Of a DNA stretch of 64,000 nt, positions 10,012-18,443 are shown piece after piece. Within the stretch, counting starts at the first letter, position 1. Every line of letters starts with the position of its first letter. The DNA is from an uncultured Candidatus Entotheonella sp. (GTDB lineage: Bacteria; Tectomicrobia; Entotheonellia; Entotheonellales; Entotheonellaceae). Made by a program: the position numbers and the translations under genes. The notes under the pieces are model-generated. The model searched no databases and was not told where the DNA came from. It worked only from the letters and a program-made list of their open reading frames with translations. The stretch covers positions 96,001 through 160,000 of the forward strand of contig OZ244252.1 in the NCBI GenBank assembly GCA_965217185.1, written 5' to 3'.

Positions 10012-10440
10012 ATGGTACGGGTTAAAGTCATTGAGGAAATCAGGACGGCTGATCCAAAGGAGAGCGGAGAATGGGAGTTGGCTTTCCAATGGTGTCGATA
10101 CATCGATCAGGAGGATGGCTCCAGTTATCACGGTTATCGATTCATCTGGTATCGGCCGGACGGCAGCCTGCAAGCGGCCAGGGGCCAGGCCCGGCTGCCA
10201 TCCATTCGATTGATCAAGGAACTAACGAAAAGGGCGGAATCGGAAGGTTGGGGAACTTATGACGCAGAAGAAGTCGATGCACCTGACCGGATGAAGCAGG
10301 CAAACGCCGCACGCCACGCGGTGAAAACCCTCGCGGCCCGTGGTGTCTTGCAGTGGAACGGGGGTAAGCCCACAGGGTGCAAGGGTGTAAGGGTAAAGCG
10401 CCATGCCGTGTCGGAAACGGTCATTGAGGGGCGGCGATGA
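10012..10440 (+). CDS. Hypothetical protein with an antitoxin-like C-terminal tail (probable chimera)
   Basis: GGGAG RBS. Compact N-terminal domain (LAFQWCRY...GYRFIW...ARGQARLP). Tail WNGGKPTG...VSETVIEGRR resembles VapB/Phd antitoxin C-termini and overlaps the next ATG (ATGA). Confidence 0.55.
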   Translation: MVRVKVIEEIRTADPKESGEWELAFQWCRYIDQEDGSSYHGYRFIWYRPDGSLQAARGQARLPSIRLIKELTKRAESEGWGTYDAEEVDAPDRMKQANAARHAVKTLAARGVLQWNGGKPTGCKGVRVKRHAVSETVIEGRR

Positions 10441-10667
10441 TTCTGTATATGGATACCAGTAGCCTCGTGAATCTCAATGAGGTCGTGGCCGGCGAATTGG
10501 CCGTCACGCATGCCCTGCGTGGATTTGATGCCATTCATTTGGCCGCGGCGCTGGAACTTCGCCAGCAAGCAGAGGGAGTTATCGTTACCTTCGCGGTTTT
10601 CGATGTTCGGCTCACGCAGGCGGCCAAGGCCGAGGGGTTCCGGGTAATGGACGATGGTGGTGGTTGA
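10437..10667 (+). pseudogene. vapC: VapC/PIN toxin with a large internal deletion
   Basis: MILYMDTSSLV N-terminus joined almost directly to LRGFDAIHLAAAL...FDVRL..AA. Only 76 aa against about 130-140 for the family. Confidence 0.7.
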
Positions 10668-10725
10668 TCCGTTCCACAACGTTTCGTAATGATTCCCTCA
10701 TTTGGATCGTCTATAGTTCCTGGCA

Positions 10726-10768
10726 AGCCGTACGCGATGCAGGTGGTTTTCCTGCATCGCGTACGGCT
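10726..10768. repeat. Perfect 18-bp inverted repeat (intergenic hairpin)
   Basis: agccgtacgcgatgcagg-tggtttt-cctgcatcgcgtacggct. Confidence 0.85.
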
Positions 10769-10823
10769 GTCCAACCGTTTACTTTCGACTGCCATGCCCT
10801 CAGGTAATGAAGGAGAACTCCCA

Positions 10824-11342
10824 GTGAAAGGTCGTAACGCGTTTATCCTGGCCGGATGCCTCGTATTTTGCCTTGGCGTGACCTCCGTCAGCGCCATGTC
10901 GCACGGCGACGGGCTGCCGCGGGTGCCGGCTCTGACGGCCGAACTCGCCGAAACCATCGCCATCACCTGCGCCGAGTACGCCAAGAAGCAGGAAGGCTGG
11001 CGCGCCCTGAACATCGCCATTGTGGACGACGGCGGCGAACTGTTCTACTTCCGCCGCGACCCCACGTCGTTCAAAGGCAGCATCGAGATCGCCATCAACA
11101 AGGCGTGGACGGCGACGCGCTTCGGCTTTCCGACGCGGGCCATCGGCGGCATCGTCAACCGCGAGCCCGGCAAGGTGCATGGCATTCAGTTCATGGATCG
11201 CCTGATCATCTTTCCCGGCGGGCTGCCAATCATTGCGGATGGCACGGTCATCGGCGGGGTTGGCGTCAGCGGCGCTACCGGCGATCAGGACGAAGAGTGC
11301 GCCCAGGCGGGACTCGACGCCGTCATGGACATGCTGAAGTAA
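10824..11342 (+). CDS. GlcG/HbpS-family heme-binding protein with signal peptide
   Basis: AGGAG RBS and GTG start. Hydrophobic leader, IAIVDDGG, IAINKAWTA, GGLPI...IGGVGVSG...DEECA. Confidence 0.88.
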   Translation: MKGRNAFILAGCLVFCLGVTSVSAMSHGDGLPRVPALTAELAETIAITCAEYAKKQEGWRALNIAIVDDGGELFYFRRDPTSFKGSIEIAINKAWTATRFGFPTRAIGGIVNREPGKVHGIQFMDRLIIFPGGLPIIADGTVIGGVGVSGATGDQDEECAQAGLDAVMDMLK

Positions 11343-11399
11343 ACGTAACACCCGGGGCCGGGGTGGAGATGTTGTCCCGGCCTTGTTTCGCGGCGTGAT

Positions 11400-11711
11400 T
11401 CATTCTCCCTGCCAACGATAGACCTTCAAATCAACTCGGTCGTTCTCGTCGAAGACGACGCCCTCCGACTCCAGCAGCCGCCGCTGAATGAGCGGGCTTT
11501 CAGCGGGGAAGCGCGGGCTGATCTCACCCCGATGGTTGATGACGCGCTGCCACGGCACGTCCGTGCCGCGCGGCAGATAACGCAGTGCATAGCCCACCGC
11601 GCGCGCTGACCGCGGGCTGCCGAGCAGCGCCGCCACCTGACCGTACGTCACCACCTTACCCGGCGGCACCTGCCGAACCAATTCATACACCTCTTCGTAG
11701 AAATGCCTCAT
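11400..11711 (-). CDS. Alkyltransferase-like protein (MGMT family, Trp in place of catalytic Cys)
   Basis: VPPGKVVTYGQVA, ARAVG, PWQRV instead of PCHRV. Confidence 0.9.
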   Translation of the reverse strand: MRHFYEEVYELVRQVPPGKVVTYGQVAALLGSPRSARAVGYALRYLPRGTDVPWQRVINHRGEISPRFPAESPLIQRRLLESEGVVFDENDRVDLKVYRWQGE

Positions 11712-11801
11712 GACGGCCTGCGGGGGTTCATTTGCGCCAATAACGGCGGTAGGTTACGGTTATGTCCCAGGCGCGAACAAACTACTCGTGCGGAGAACGG
11801 A

Positions 11802-13259
11802 ATGGAACTTTACGAACTGCGGCACATGGTAAATCTGGCACTGGACGTGATTGTCGGAGACCCGTCGTTTCTGGAGGCTGAGGTCTGCGCCTCATGGTGC
11901 GAACAGCAGATTGCCGAACTGAACCACGACACCGCCCAGCCCGAAAACGCCGGGCCATCCCTACGCGACGAAACAGCCTGTGGTCTCAGCATCCTCCTGG
12001 TCATGGCCGACGGCGCCGGCCGCAAAGTCGGCCTCGGCGTCGACCGCGATGACCTCTCGCGCGACAGTATCACCCTCGCGTTGGAAATTGCCAAACAGAG
12101 CGCCGTTGTCGATCTGGATTTTACAAGCCTGCCGAAACCGCCGGAAGCGACTCCAACTGCCCCTATGCTGCATGATCCGGCGGTCATGAGCCTGTCCGAC
12201 GATGCCGTCGCGGAGTTGGCCAGTGAGGCGCTGGACGGCGCCCTTTCGACCTTCAGGGAAGCGGCTGTTGAGGCGCCATTCCGGATCAGCGGCGAGGTGC
12301 GCAATCGCACGGAATTGCTGGTGGTCGGCAATTCGCACGGCCTGTTGGCCGAGGACACGTCGACTGCCCTGCTTGCCACCCTGCATGCGCATCTCGGCCC
12401 GCAGCACAGCCACGGCGTCGGCAGCCACAGCGCCACGCATCTCAAGGACTTTTCACCGCACGAAGCCGGCGTCGAGGCGGCCACGGAAGCCCTGCGGGCA
12501 CGCGGCGGCAAGGCTTTGCCGGCCGGTGAGTACACCATCATCTTCGGCCCACGGGCCGTTGCCGACCTGTGTCAGGATCTCCTGCTGCCGGCTCTCAGCC
12601 TCGACACCCTTGCAAGCGGCGCCAGCCCGTTTGAAGGACGATTCGGCCAGCAGATCGCCACCGCCTTTCTGACCGTCGCCGACGAAGGTCGTTATCCCGG
12701 CTTGGTGGGCAGCCGCTCCATGACCGGCGATGGGTTGCCCACCGGCACCACCACGCTGATTACCAATGGTCGTCTGACGGGCCTTCTGGCCGACGCCTAC
12801 CAAGCCCAAGCCATGGCGCCCAAGCTCGGTTCGCTGCCGCCACGCAACGGCATGCGGCACGCCCTGAACGGCGAGAGCTTTGCCATGCGTCCCGGTATTT
12901 TCCCCACTAACGTCACCTTCACCAGCGATGAAGCCGTGCCGCGCGACGCGCTTGTGGCGCCGATAACGAACGGCATTTACGTCGGCGGCCTGTGGGCCAC
13001 GGCATTCCGGCGCGGCGCGGCGCCCGGCGACTTCATCAGCACCGTCGTCGGCCCGTCCTTCCACATTCGCGACGGCAAGCTCGCCCAACCTTTACAGCCT
13101 CGCGTGTTGCACGTCCAGGACAATGTGCTTGACGTGCTGCAGCGCCTCACCGGCCTTTCCACCCTGCGGCGTCCGGTGGTGCTGACCAGCGGCCAGTCCG
13201 TGGTGCTGGCACCCGAGCTGGGATGCAGCCGCGTTTCATTCGTTCAACGTCGAGGATAG
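11802..13259 (+). CDS. TldD/PmbA family protein (PmbA/TldE-like)
   Basis: LPAGEYTIIFGP, DGLPT...LITNGRLTG, PTNV, IRDGKLAQP. No HExxxH motif. Confidence 0.8.
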   Translation: MELYELRHMVNLALDVIVGDPSFLEAEVCASWCEQQIAELNHDTAQPENAGPSLRDETACGLSILLVMADGAGRKVGLGVDRDDLSRDSITLALEIAKQSAVVDLDFTSLPKPPEATPTAPMLHDPAVMSLSDDAVAELASEALDGALSTFREAAVEAPFRISGEVRNRTELLVVGNSHGLLAEDTSTALLATLHAHLGPQHSHGVGSHSATHLKDFSPHEAGVEAATEALRARGGKALPAGEYTIIFGPRAVADLCQDLLLPALSLDTLASGASPFEGRFGQQIATAFLTVADEGRYPGLVGSRSMTGDGLPTGTTTLITNGRLTGLLADAYQAQAMAPKLGSLPPRNGMRHALNGESFAMRPGIFPTNVTFTSDEAVPRDALVAPITNGIYVGGLWATAFRRGAAPGDFISTVVGPSFHIRDGKLAQPLQPRVLHVQDNVLDVLQRLTGLSTLRRPVVLTSGQSVVLAPELGCSRVSFVQRRG

Positions 13260-13978
13260 CGCAGCGCCCAGCCCAGTTGGCGGGCAATGCCGCGCAGCAG
13301 CCGCACGTCGCGGCGTTCCAGACCGGTGCGCTCGAAAATGCGCCGCAAGCCGCTGAGGGCGCGCTCCACCGCCGGTTCGCCGGGAAAGCCGCGTATCGAA
13401 AACGCCTGCCTAAGGTGCTGGTACATGGCCTCGCTTTCCGCTACGGAGGCGAGTGGCGGCGCCGGGGGTGCGGCGGGGCCATGGCGGGGCTGCGAGATTT
13501 CGTAGCACACGACCGCCACCGCCTGGGCCAGGTTGAGCGACGGCGCCTCAGGGGAGGTAGGAATCGCTACCAGATCGTGACAGGCATCGAGTTCAGCGGT
13601 GGTCAGCCCGGCGTCCTCCGGGCCGAATACCAGGCCAACCCGATACGGCTGGCACAATGCCGGCAATTTATCGCCGAGTTGCCTTGGCGTCAGGGGCGCG
13701 TTGCGGTGCTGGCGCTGGCGCGCCGACGTGCCGGCCAGCCAATGGCACGTGGCGGTGGCGGCGGCCAGGGTGTCATGAATCTCCGCCGCCTCCAGCTGCT
13801 TCCTCGCGCCACTAGCCATCATGCGCGCTTCCGGGTGGGGAAATCGCTCGGGGGCCACGAGCACCAGATGGTTAAAGCCCATGTTGCGCATCACGCGCGC
13901 CACCGATCCGATGTTACCCGGACTTTGCGGGCGCACGAGAATGATGCTGACGTGGTCCTTATTGAGGGTGGGACTCAT
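13244..13978 (-). CDS. SPOUT RNA methyltransferase, TrmJ/LasT family
   Basis: IILVRPQSPGNIGSVARVMRNMG, LVFGPEDAGLT, SLNLAQAVAV, RLLRGI. Confidence 0.9.
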   Translation of the reverse strand: MSPTLNKDHVSIILVRPQSPGNIGSVARVMRNMGFNHLVLVAPERFPHPEARMMASGARKQLEAAEIHDTLAAATATCHWLAGTSARQRQHRNAPLTPRQLGDKLPALCQPYRVGLVFGPEDAGLTTAELDACHDLVAIPTSPEAPSLNLAQAVAVVCYEISQPRHGPAAPPAPPLASVAESEAMYQHLRQAFSIRGFPGEPAVERALSGLRRIFERTGLERRDVRLLRGIARQLGWALRYPRR

Positions 13979-14026
13979 TCGCGGCGTGCTCCCCACGAGC
14001 CGTTCCAGGCGTTGCCGGAAGCGCGT

Positions 14027-15562
14027 TTAGCCGATCAGGGTCTTGGGTGCGATGCGGTACTTTTTCAACTTGTAGCCGAGTTGCCTGGGAGTGATGCCGA
14101 GCAGCATGGCGGCCCGCGTCTGCACGCCGCCGCTCGTCTGCAGGGCCTCGATGAGCCGCTCGCGCTCGATCTCCGCCACGGCCTTGGGAAGCGTGGATGA
14201 ACGGGTTTCGGGAGGGGGCGCCGGAGTTGCGGCGGGCACCGGAGACAGCGGGGCCGGATTCGGGCTCGTGGAAAGCGGCACGTCCTCGGGCGCCACGATA
14301 TCCCGGCGGGTCATTACGACCATGCGCTCAACGCAATTTTCCAGCTCTCGAACGTTGCCGGGCCAGTCGTACTCGACGATCAGGTCCATGGCGGCGGACG
14401 AAATTTTCAGGCTCCTGCGGTTCTCCGCATTGAAGCGTGCCAGGAAATAGCCCACCAGAGACGGAGTATCTTCGCGCCGCTCGCGCAATGATGGCAGCAC
14501 GATGGGCACGACGTGCAGGCGGTAGTAGAGGTCTTCGCGGAAGCGCCGATCGCGCACCGCCTCTTCCAGATCGACGTTCGTGGCGGCGATGATGCGCACG
14601 TCGACCGAGATCGGGCGATGGCCGCCGACGCGCTCAAAGTTGCGTTCTTGCAGGACGCGCAGCAGCTTCACCTGCATGGCCAGACTCATGTCGCCGATTT
14701 CGTCGAGGAACAAGGTGCCGCTATCCGCAAGCTCAAAACGGCCGCGCCGCGTTTTGACCGCTCCGGTGAAGGCGCCTTTTTCGTGCCCGAACAGTTCGCT
14801 CTCCAGCAACGTTTCCGGCAGCGCGGCGCAGTTGAGCTTGACGAACGGCTGCTGGCGCCGCGCACTCAGCTTGTGTAGCGCACGGGCGACCAGTTCCTTG
14901 CCGGTGCCGCTCTCGCCGCGCAGCAGGATGGTCGAGCGGCTGTTGGCCGCCTGCTGAATCTCGTGCATGATGGCTTTCATGGGAGGGCTTTGGCCGACAA
15001 TCTGATCCGGGTTGTAACTGGCGGAAAGGCCGGCAGCGGTGTCGCCGGTCGTGTCGGGCTGCGCTTTGAGGCGTTCTTGCAGGTTGGCTGTTTGCAGGTG
15101 GCAGCCGAGAACGGTGCCGACGACGTTCAGGCACGTCAGGGCGGTTTCCAGCGGCACGGCTGGCTGTTTGAGGCAGAAAAACACCATGACGCCGACGGCT
15201 TGTTGCACGCCCGTCAAGGGCGTCGACAAGACCACCCCCTCGGACGTGCGGCCCAGCCCGGCGCCGGGCAGCACCGTATGGCGGGCGGTGGCTTCGCCGT
15301 GGGCCTCGATGCCATCAACGAGTTCCCGTCCCATTTGAACGATTTGTTTCTGGTCATCCCCGCAGGCCCATTCTTGCTGCCGCTTGGGTGAGGCATCCGC
15401 CAACACGATAGCGCCGCCGCGCGCGCCCAAGGCGTCAGTCAGCGTGTGCAGGGCGCGGTCGAGGGTCGCGAATGAGTTTCGGCTGCTGCGCACCAGATGC
15501 GTGATCTGTTCGAGTTGCTGCATCGTCCCGTTCAGCGTCGCAGCGCCAGCCGATTTCGCCAT
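14027..15562 (-). CDS. Sigma-54-dependent activator (GAF-like, AAA+ and Fis HTH; NifA-like architecture)
   Basis: GESGTGKE, LESELFGHEKGAFTGA, LFLDEIG, FREDLYYRL, WPGNVRELEN, C-terminal HTH. Confidence 0.92.
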   Translation of the reverse strand: MAKSAGAATLNGTMQQLEQITHLVRSSRNSFATLDRALHTLTDALGARGGAIVLADASPKRQQEWACGDDQKQIVQMGRELVDGIEAHGEATARHTVLPGAGLGRTSEGVVLSTPLTGVQQAVGVMVFFCLKQPAVPLETALTCLNVVGTVLGCHLQTANLQERLKAQPDTTGDTAAGLSASYNPDQIVGQSPPMKAIMHEIQQAANSRSTILLRGESGTGKELVARALHKLSARRQQPFVKLNCAALPETLLESELFGHEKGAFTGAVKTRRGRFELADSGTLFLDEIGDMSLAMQVKLLRVLQERNFERVGGHRPISVDVRIIAATNVDLEEAVRDRRFREDLYYRLHVVPIVLPSLRERREDTPSLVGYFLARFNAENRRSLKISSAAMDLIVEYDWPGNVRELENCVERMVVMTRRDIVAPEDVPLSTSPNPAPLSPVPAATPAPPPETRSSTLPKAVAEIERERLIEALQTSGGVQTRAAMLLGITPRQLGYKLKKYRIAPKTLIG

Positions 15563-15680
15563 TCTTCTAACCCTCCCCGGCAGAAGGTTCTTCAATCTGC
15601 ACGCCCAATGGCATACACGTTGTTAGGGTGGAGGTCAAGCGCCGCGGGCGGTTTTCGGGCGCCGAGTCCTGTTGCATTTG

Positions 15681-15696
15681 TGCTGGAATCGTGCCA
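15681..15696 (-). promoter_or_regulatory. Candidate sigma-54 (-24/-12) promoter
   Basis: Minus strand reads TGGCACGATTCCAGCA (GG-N10-GC), about 120 nt upstream of the activator start. Confidence 0.55.
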
Positions 15697-15742
15697 CGGT
15701 CCGATGGAGGAAATTGAGACCCCGTGAGTCCGTGGAGCGAGT

Positions 15743-16465
15743 ATGCGGAACTACGATGCGGTATTTTTCGATGCGGCGAATACCCTCCTTTACCCCTATC
15801 CCTCCGTCGGTGCCGTCTACGCCGAGGTGGCCGCGCGGTATGGCGTGACGACGACGGCTGATGCCGTGCAGGCAGCTTTCCGCCAAGCGTGGACCGAGGC
15901 CCAAGCTGCCACCGACGCGACGCGCTACGGCGTCGGCGAACCCGACGGGCGCCGTTTTTGGCACGCCTTGGTGCATGCCACCTTTGAGCAGGTCGCGTTG
16001 CCCGATGATTTTGAGGCGTTCTTCGATGAGTTGTACTGGCTCTTTTCGCAACCGACCGTCTGGCGGCTTTACCCGGAATGCCTCACGGTGCTTCAAACCC
16101 TGCGCCAGCAAGGGTACGTCGTTGGCATTATTTCCAACTGGGACATCCGATTGCTGGACCTGCTGCACGGCCTGGGGCTGATGGCCTGCGTGCAGCACGT
16201 CAGCATCTCCGCCGTGGTCGGCTGGGAGAAGCCGCACGGCAACATTTTCACGCACGCCCTCGACGCCGTCGATGTGGCCCCGGCGCGCGCCGTGCACGTC
16301 GGGGACAGCCTGCACGCTGACGTGCACGGCGCCCGGCAAGCCGGGATGCAGCCGCTGTGGCTGCGGCGGGACGGCGACGCGCACCGCGATGGCGCACAGG
16401 ACGACGATGCGGTGATTCACGACCTGAACGGTGTTCTCGACTGGCTGGCGAAGCACGACGGGTAG
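15743..16465 (+). CDS. HAD-IA family hydrolase (REG-2-like)
   Basis: FFDAANTL, ISNWD, EKP, HVGDS..ADV.GA. Confidence 0.88.
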   Translation: MRNYDAVFFDAANTLLYPYPSVGAVYAEVAARYGVTTTADAVQAAFRQAWTEAQAATDATRYGVGEPDGRRFWHALVHATFEQVALPDDFEAFFDELYWLFSQPTVWRLYPECLTVLQTLRQQGYVVGIISNWDIRLLDLLHGLGLMACVQHVSISAVVGWEKPHGNIFTHALDAVDVAPARAVHVGDSLHADVHGARQAGMQPLWLRRDGDAHRDGAQDDDAVIHDLNGVLDWLAKHDG

Positions 16466-16586
16466 GTTCCGGCACGTTGCGCCGTCCAGGGCCTGTTGGT
16501 ATTGTTACCGCACTTTCCGCATCCGCATTTGAACGCATCGGCAATGGGCTGTTTGGCTCGACGGACAGCACTGTTAGGAGTTACGT

Positions 16587-17777
16587 ATGGCTAAGACGCA
16601 GCAAGATTTTCTTGTCGCGGCGCGGCAGGAAATCCCGGAAGTGAGCGTGGATGAGGTGCAGGAGCGCGGCCAGCCCGGTGACGACTTTGTGCTCCTGGAC
16701 GTACGCGAGAACGACGAGGTGCGCGCTGGTTACATCGACGGCGCGGTTGCGATCCCGCGCGGATTTCTCGAATTTCAAGTTGGCGGCAAAATACCGCAGA
16801 CCGACAAGGAAGTGATCGTCTACTGTGCGGGCGGCGCTCGCTCGCTGCTGGCGGCTCAGGTGCTGCGCTCGATGGGGTATGAAAACGTGTCGTCGATGGC
16901 CGGCGGCATTACCCGTTGGAAGGGTGCCGGATTTTCCCTTCAGCGGGACCGGCAGCTGAATGCGGAGCAGCTCGAGCGCTACAGCCGGCATTTCCTGCTG
17001 CCCCAGATCGGCGAAAAGGGGCAGGGGAAACTACTGGACGCCAAAGTCCTGTTGGTTGGTGCCGGCGGCCTCGGCTCGCCCGCCGCGCTGTATCTTGCCG
17101 CCGCGGGTGTCGGCACGCTTGGCCTGGTGGACGCCGACGTGGTGGATCTGTCCAATCTGCAGCGGCAGGTGATGCACAGCAATGACCGCATCGGCATGCC
17201 AAAAACCGAGTCGGGCAAGATCGCCATCAACGCGATCAACCCGGACGTCAACGTGCAGGCCCACAACATGTGGTTGACGACCGATAACGTCCTGGACCTG
17301 TTCGCCGAGTACGACATCATCGTGGACGGCTGCGACAACTTCCCGACGCGCTACCTGGTCAACGACGCCGCGGTTCTGGCGCGCAAGCCGGTGGTGCACG
17401 GCAGCATTTTCCAGTTCGAGGGTCAGGCGAGCGTGTTCAAGCCGCATGAAGGGCCGTGCTATCGCTGCTTGTTTCCCACGCCACCGCCGCCGGGGCTGGT
17501 GCCCTCGTGAAGCGAGGCCGGCGTCCTGGGAGTTTTGCCCGGGGTCATTGGTGTGGTGCAGGCGACGGAAACCGTGAAGCTCATCGTCGGACAGGGCGAA
17601 CCCTTGGTCGGCCGCCTGCTGATGTACGATTCGCTGGCCATGACGTTCCGCGAAATCCGCCTGCGGCGTGATCCGAATTGCCCGCTGTGCGGCGACAATC
17701 CGACCATTACGGAGTTGGTTAACTACGAGGAGCTTTGTGGTCTCACCGCTCCGGAACCGGTGGGTGTGGGTGGCTAA
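16587..17777 (+). CDS. moeB: Rhodanese-MoeB/ThiF adenylyltransferase, probable selenoprotein (in-frame TGA 17508-17510)
   Basis: Rhodanese YCAGGARS, RYSRH, GAGGLG, SNLQRQ, CYRC, then PPPGLVPS-TGA-SEAGVLGVLPG, CPLC. The two ORF-track pieces are in the same frame. Confidence 0.88.
17523..17545 (+). promoter_or_regulatory. Candidate bacterial SECIS hairpin
   Basis: Stem GUCCUGGG/CCCGGGGU with loop AGUUUUG. The loop starts 20 nt after the UGA and has G at position 2 followed by U. Confidence 0.62.
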
Positions 17778-17791
17778 GACGTACTATTGAA

Positions 17792-17843
17792 CAAAAAGAA
17801 AGGGCCGGCGTGTGTAACATCTCACGCCGGCCCTTTCTTTTTG
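17792..17843. terminator. Bidirectional intrinsic terminator
   Basis: 21-bp perfect inverted repeat caaaaagaaagggccggcgtg...cacgccggccctttctttttg between convergent genes. Confidence 0.9.
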
Positions 17844-17865
17844 CGCCTAGAGGGCTTGCTTTTGG

Positions 17866-18216
17866 CTATTGCCACGTCCCTTTCACGCAGCGCCCGCATA
17901 CCGCATTCGTCGATCCGTCCGGTTTGTGAATCGTCAAGCCGGTGGCATCGCAGCCGATGCCGCAGAGGAAGCCGCCGCCGAAGCCAACGCACATGAGGCA
18001 CTCGGTGTCGCCCTGGCCGAGTTCGTGGTTGTTGTCCAGCCACTCCTGGAAAATGTCGCTCGTATCGGGTTTCTGCTCTTCTTCCTGAGTCGCTGCTGGA
18101 ACGGCCGCGGGTTCATCTGTCGGCGCCTCTTCGGCGTGGCCGCTGATCGCTAAAGCGCCGGCAATGGCAACGGCCAGAGCAACCTGCACCAAAACGGTGT
18201 ACAGTTTCCTATTCAT
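17866..18216 (-). CDS. Small secreted Cys-rich protein (signal peptide, acidic spacer, six-Cys domain)
   Basis: AGGTG RBS. MNRK plus hydrophobic core ending GHA. CLMC, CGIGC, CGRC. Followed by the terminator. Confidence 0.7.
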   Translation of the reverse strand: MNRKLYTVLVQVALAVAIAGALAISGHAEEAPTDEPAAVPAATQEEEQKPDTSDIFQEWLDNNHELGQGDTECLMCVGFGGGFLCGIGCDATGLTIHKPDGSTNAVCGRCVKGTWQ

Positions 18217-18443
18217 CTTCGCACCTGCTAGCCAACGATTGTTCGTGTACCCGTGGCGATTGCCGAACGGGCGGTCCACCGCATTGTCCGCCATCCGCAA
18301 CGCTTACGCCAACGATATTATTTCCCGCCGTCCGTCGGTCCTTGACAGGCCGCGGGGCTTCTGGCTAGATGCGCTGCCGGTTCGGGTGGCCGGGCCACCA
18401 TAATCACAACCCATACCGATTTGCCTGGAAGGAGTTCGCACGC

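Noticed and set aside
10721..10736. Second sigma-54 promoter (TGGCAA...ACGC)
   Set aside because: Poor match around -12 and it overlaps the hairpin arm.
14027..15562. nifA and nitrogen fixation
   Set aside because: The architecture is shared by many enhancer-binding proteins and no nif genes are in the window.
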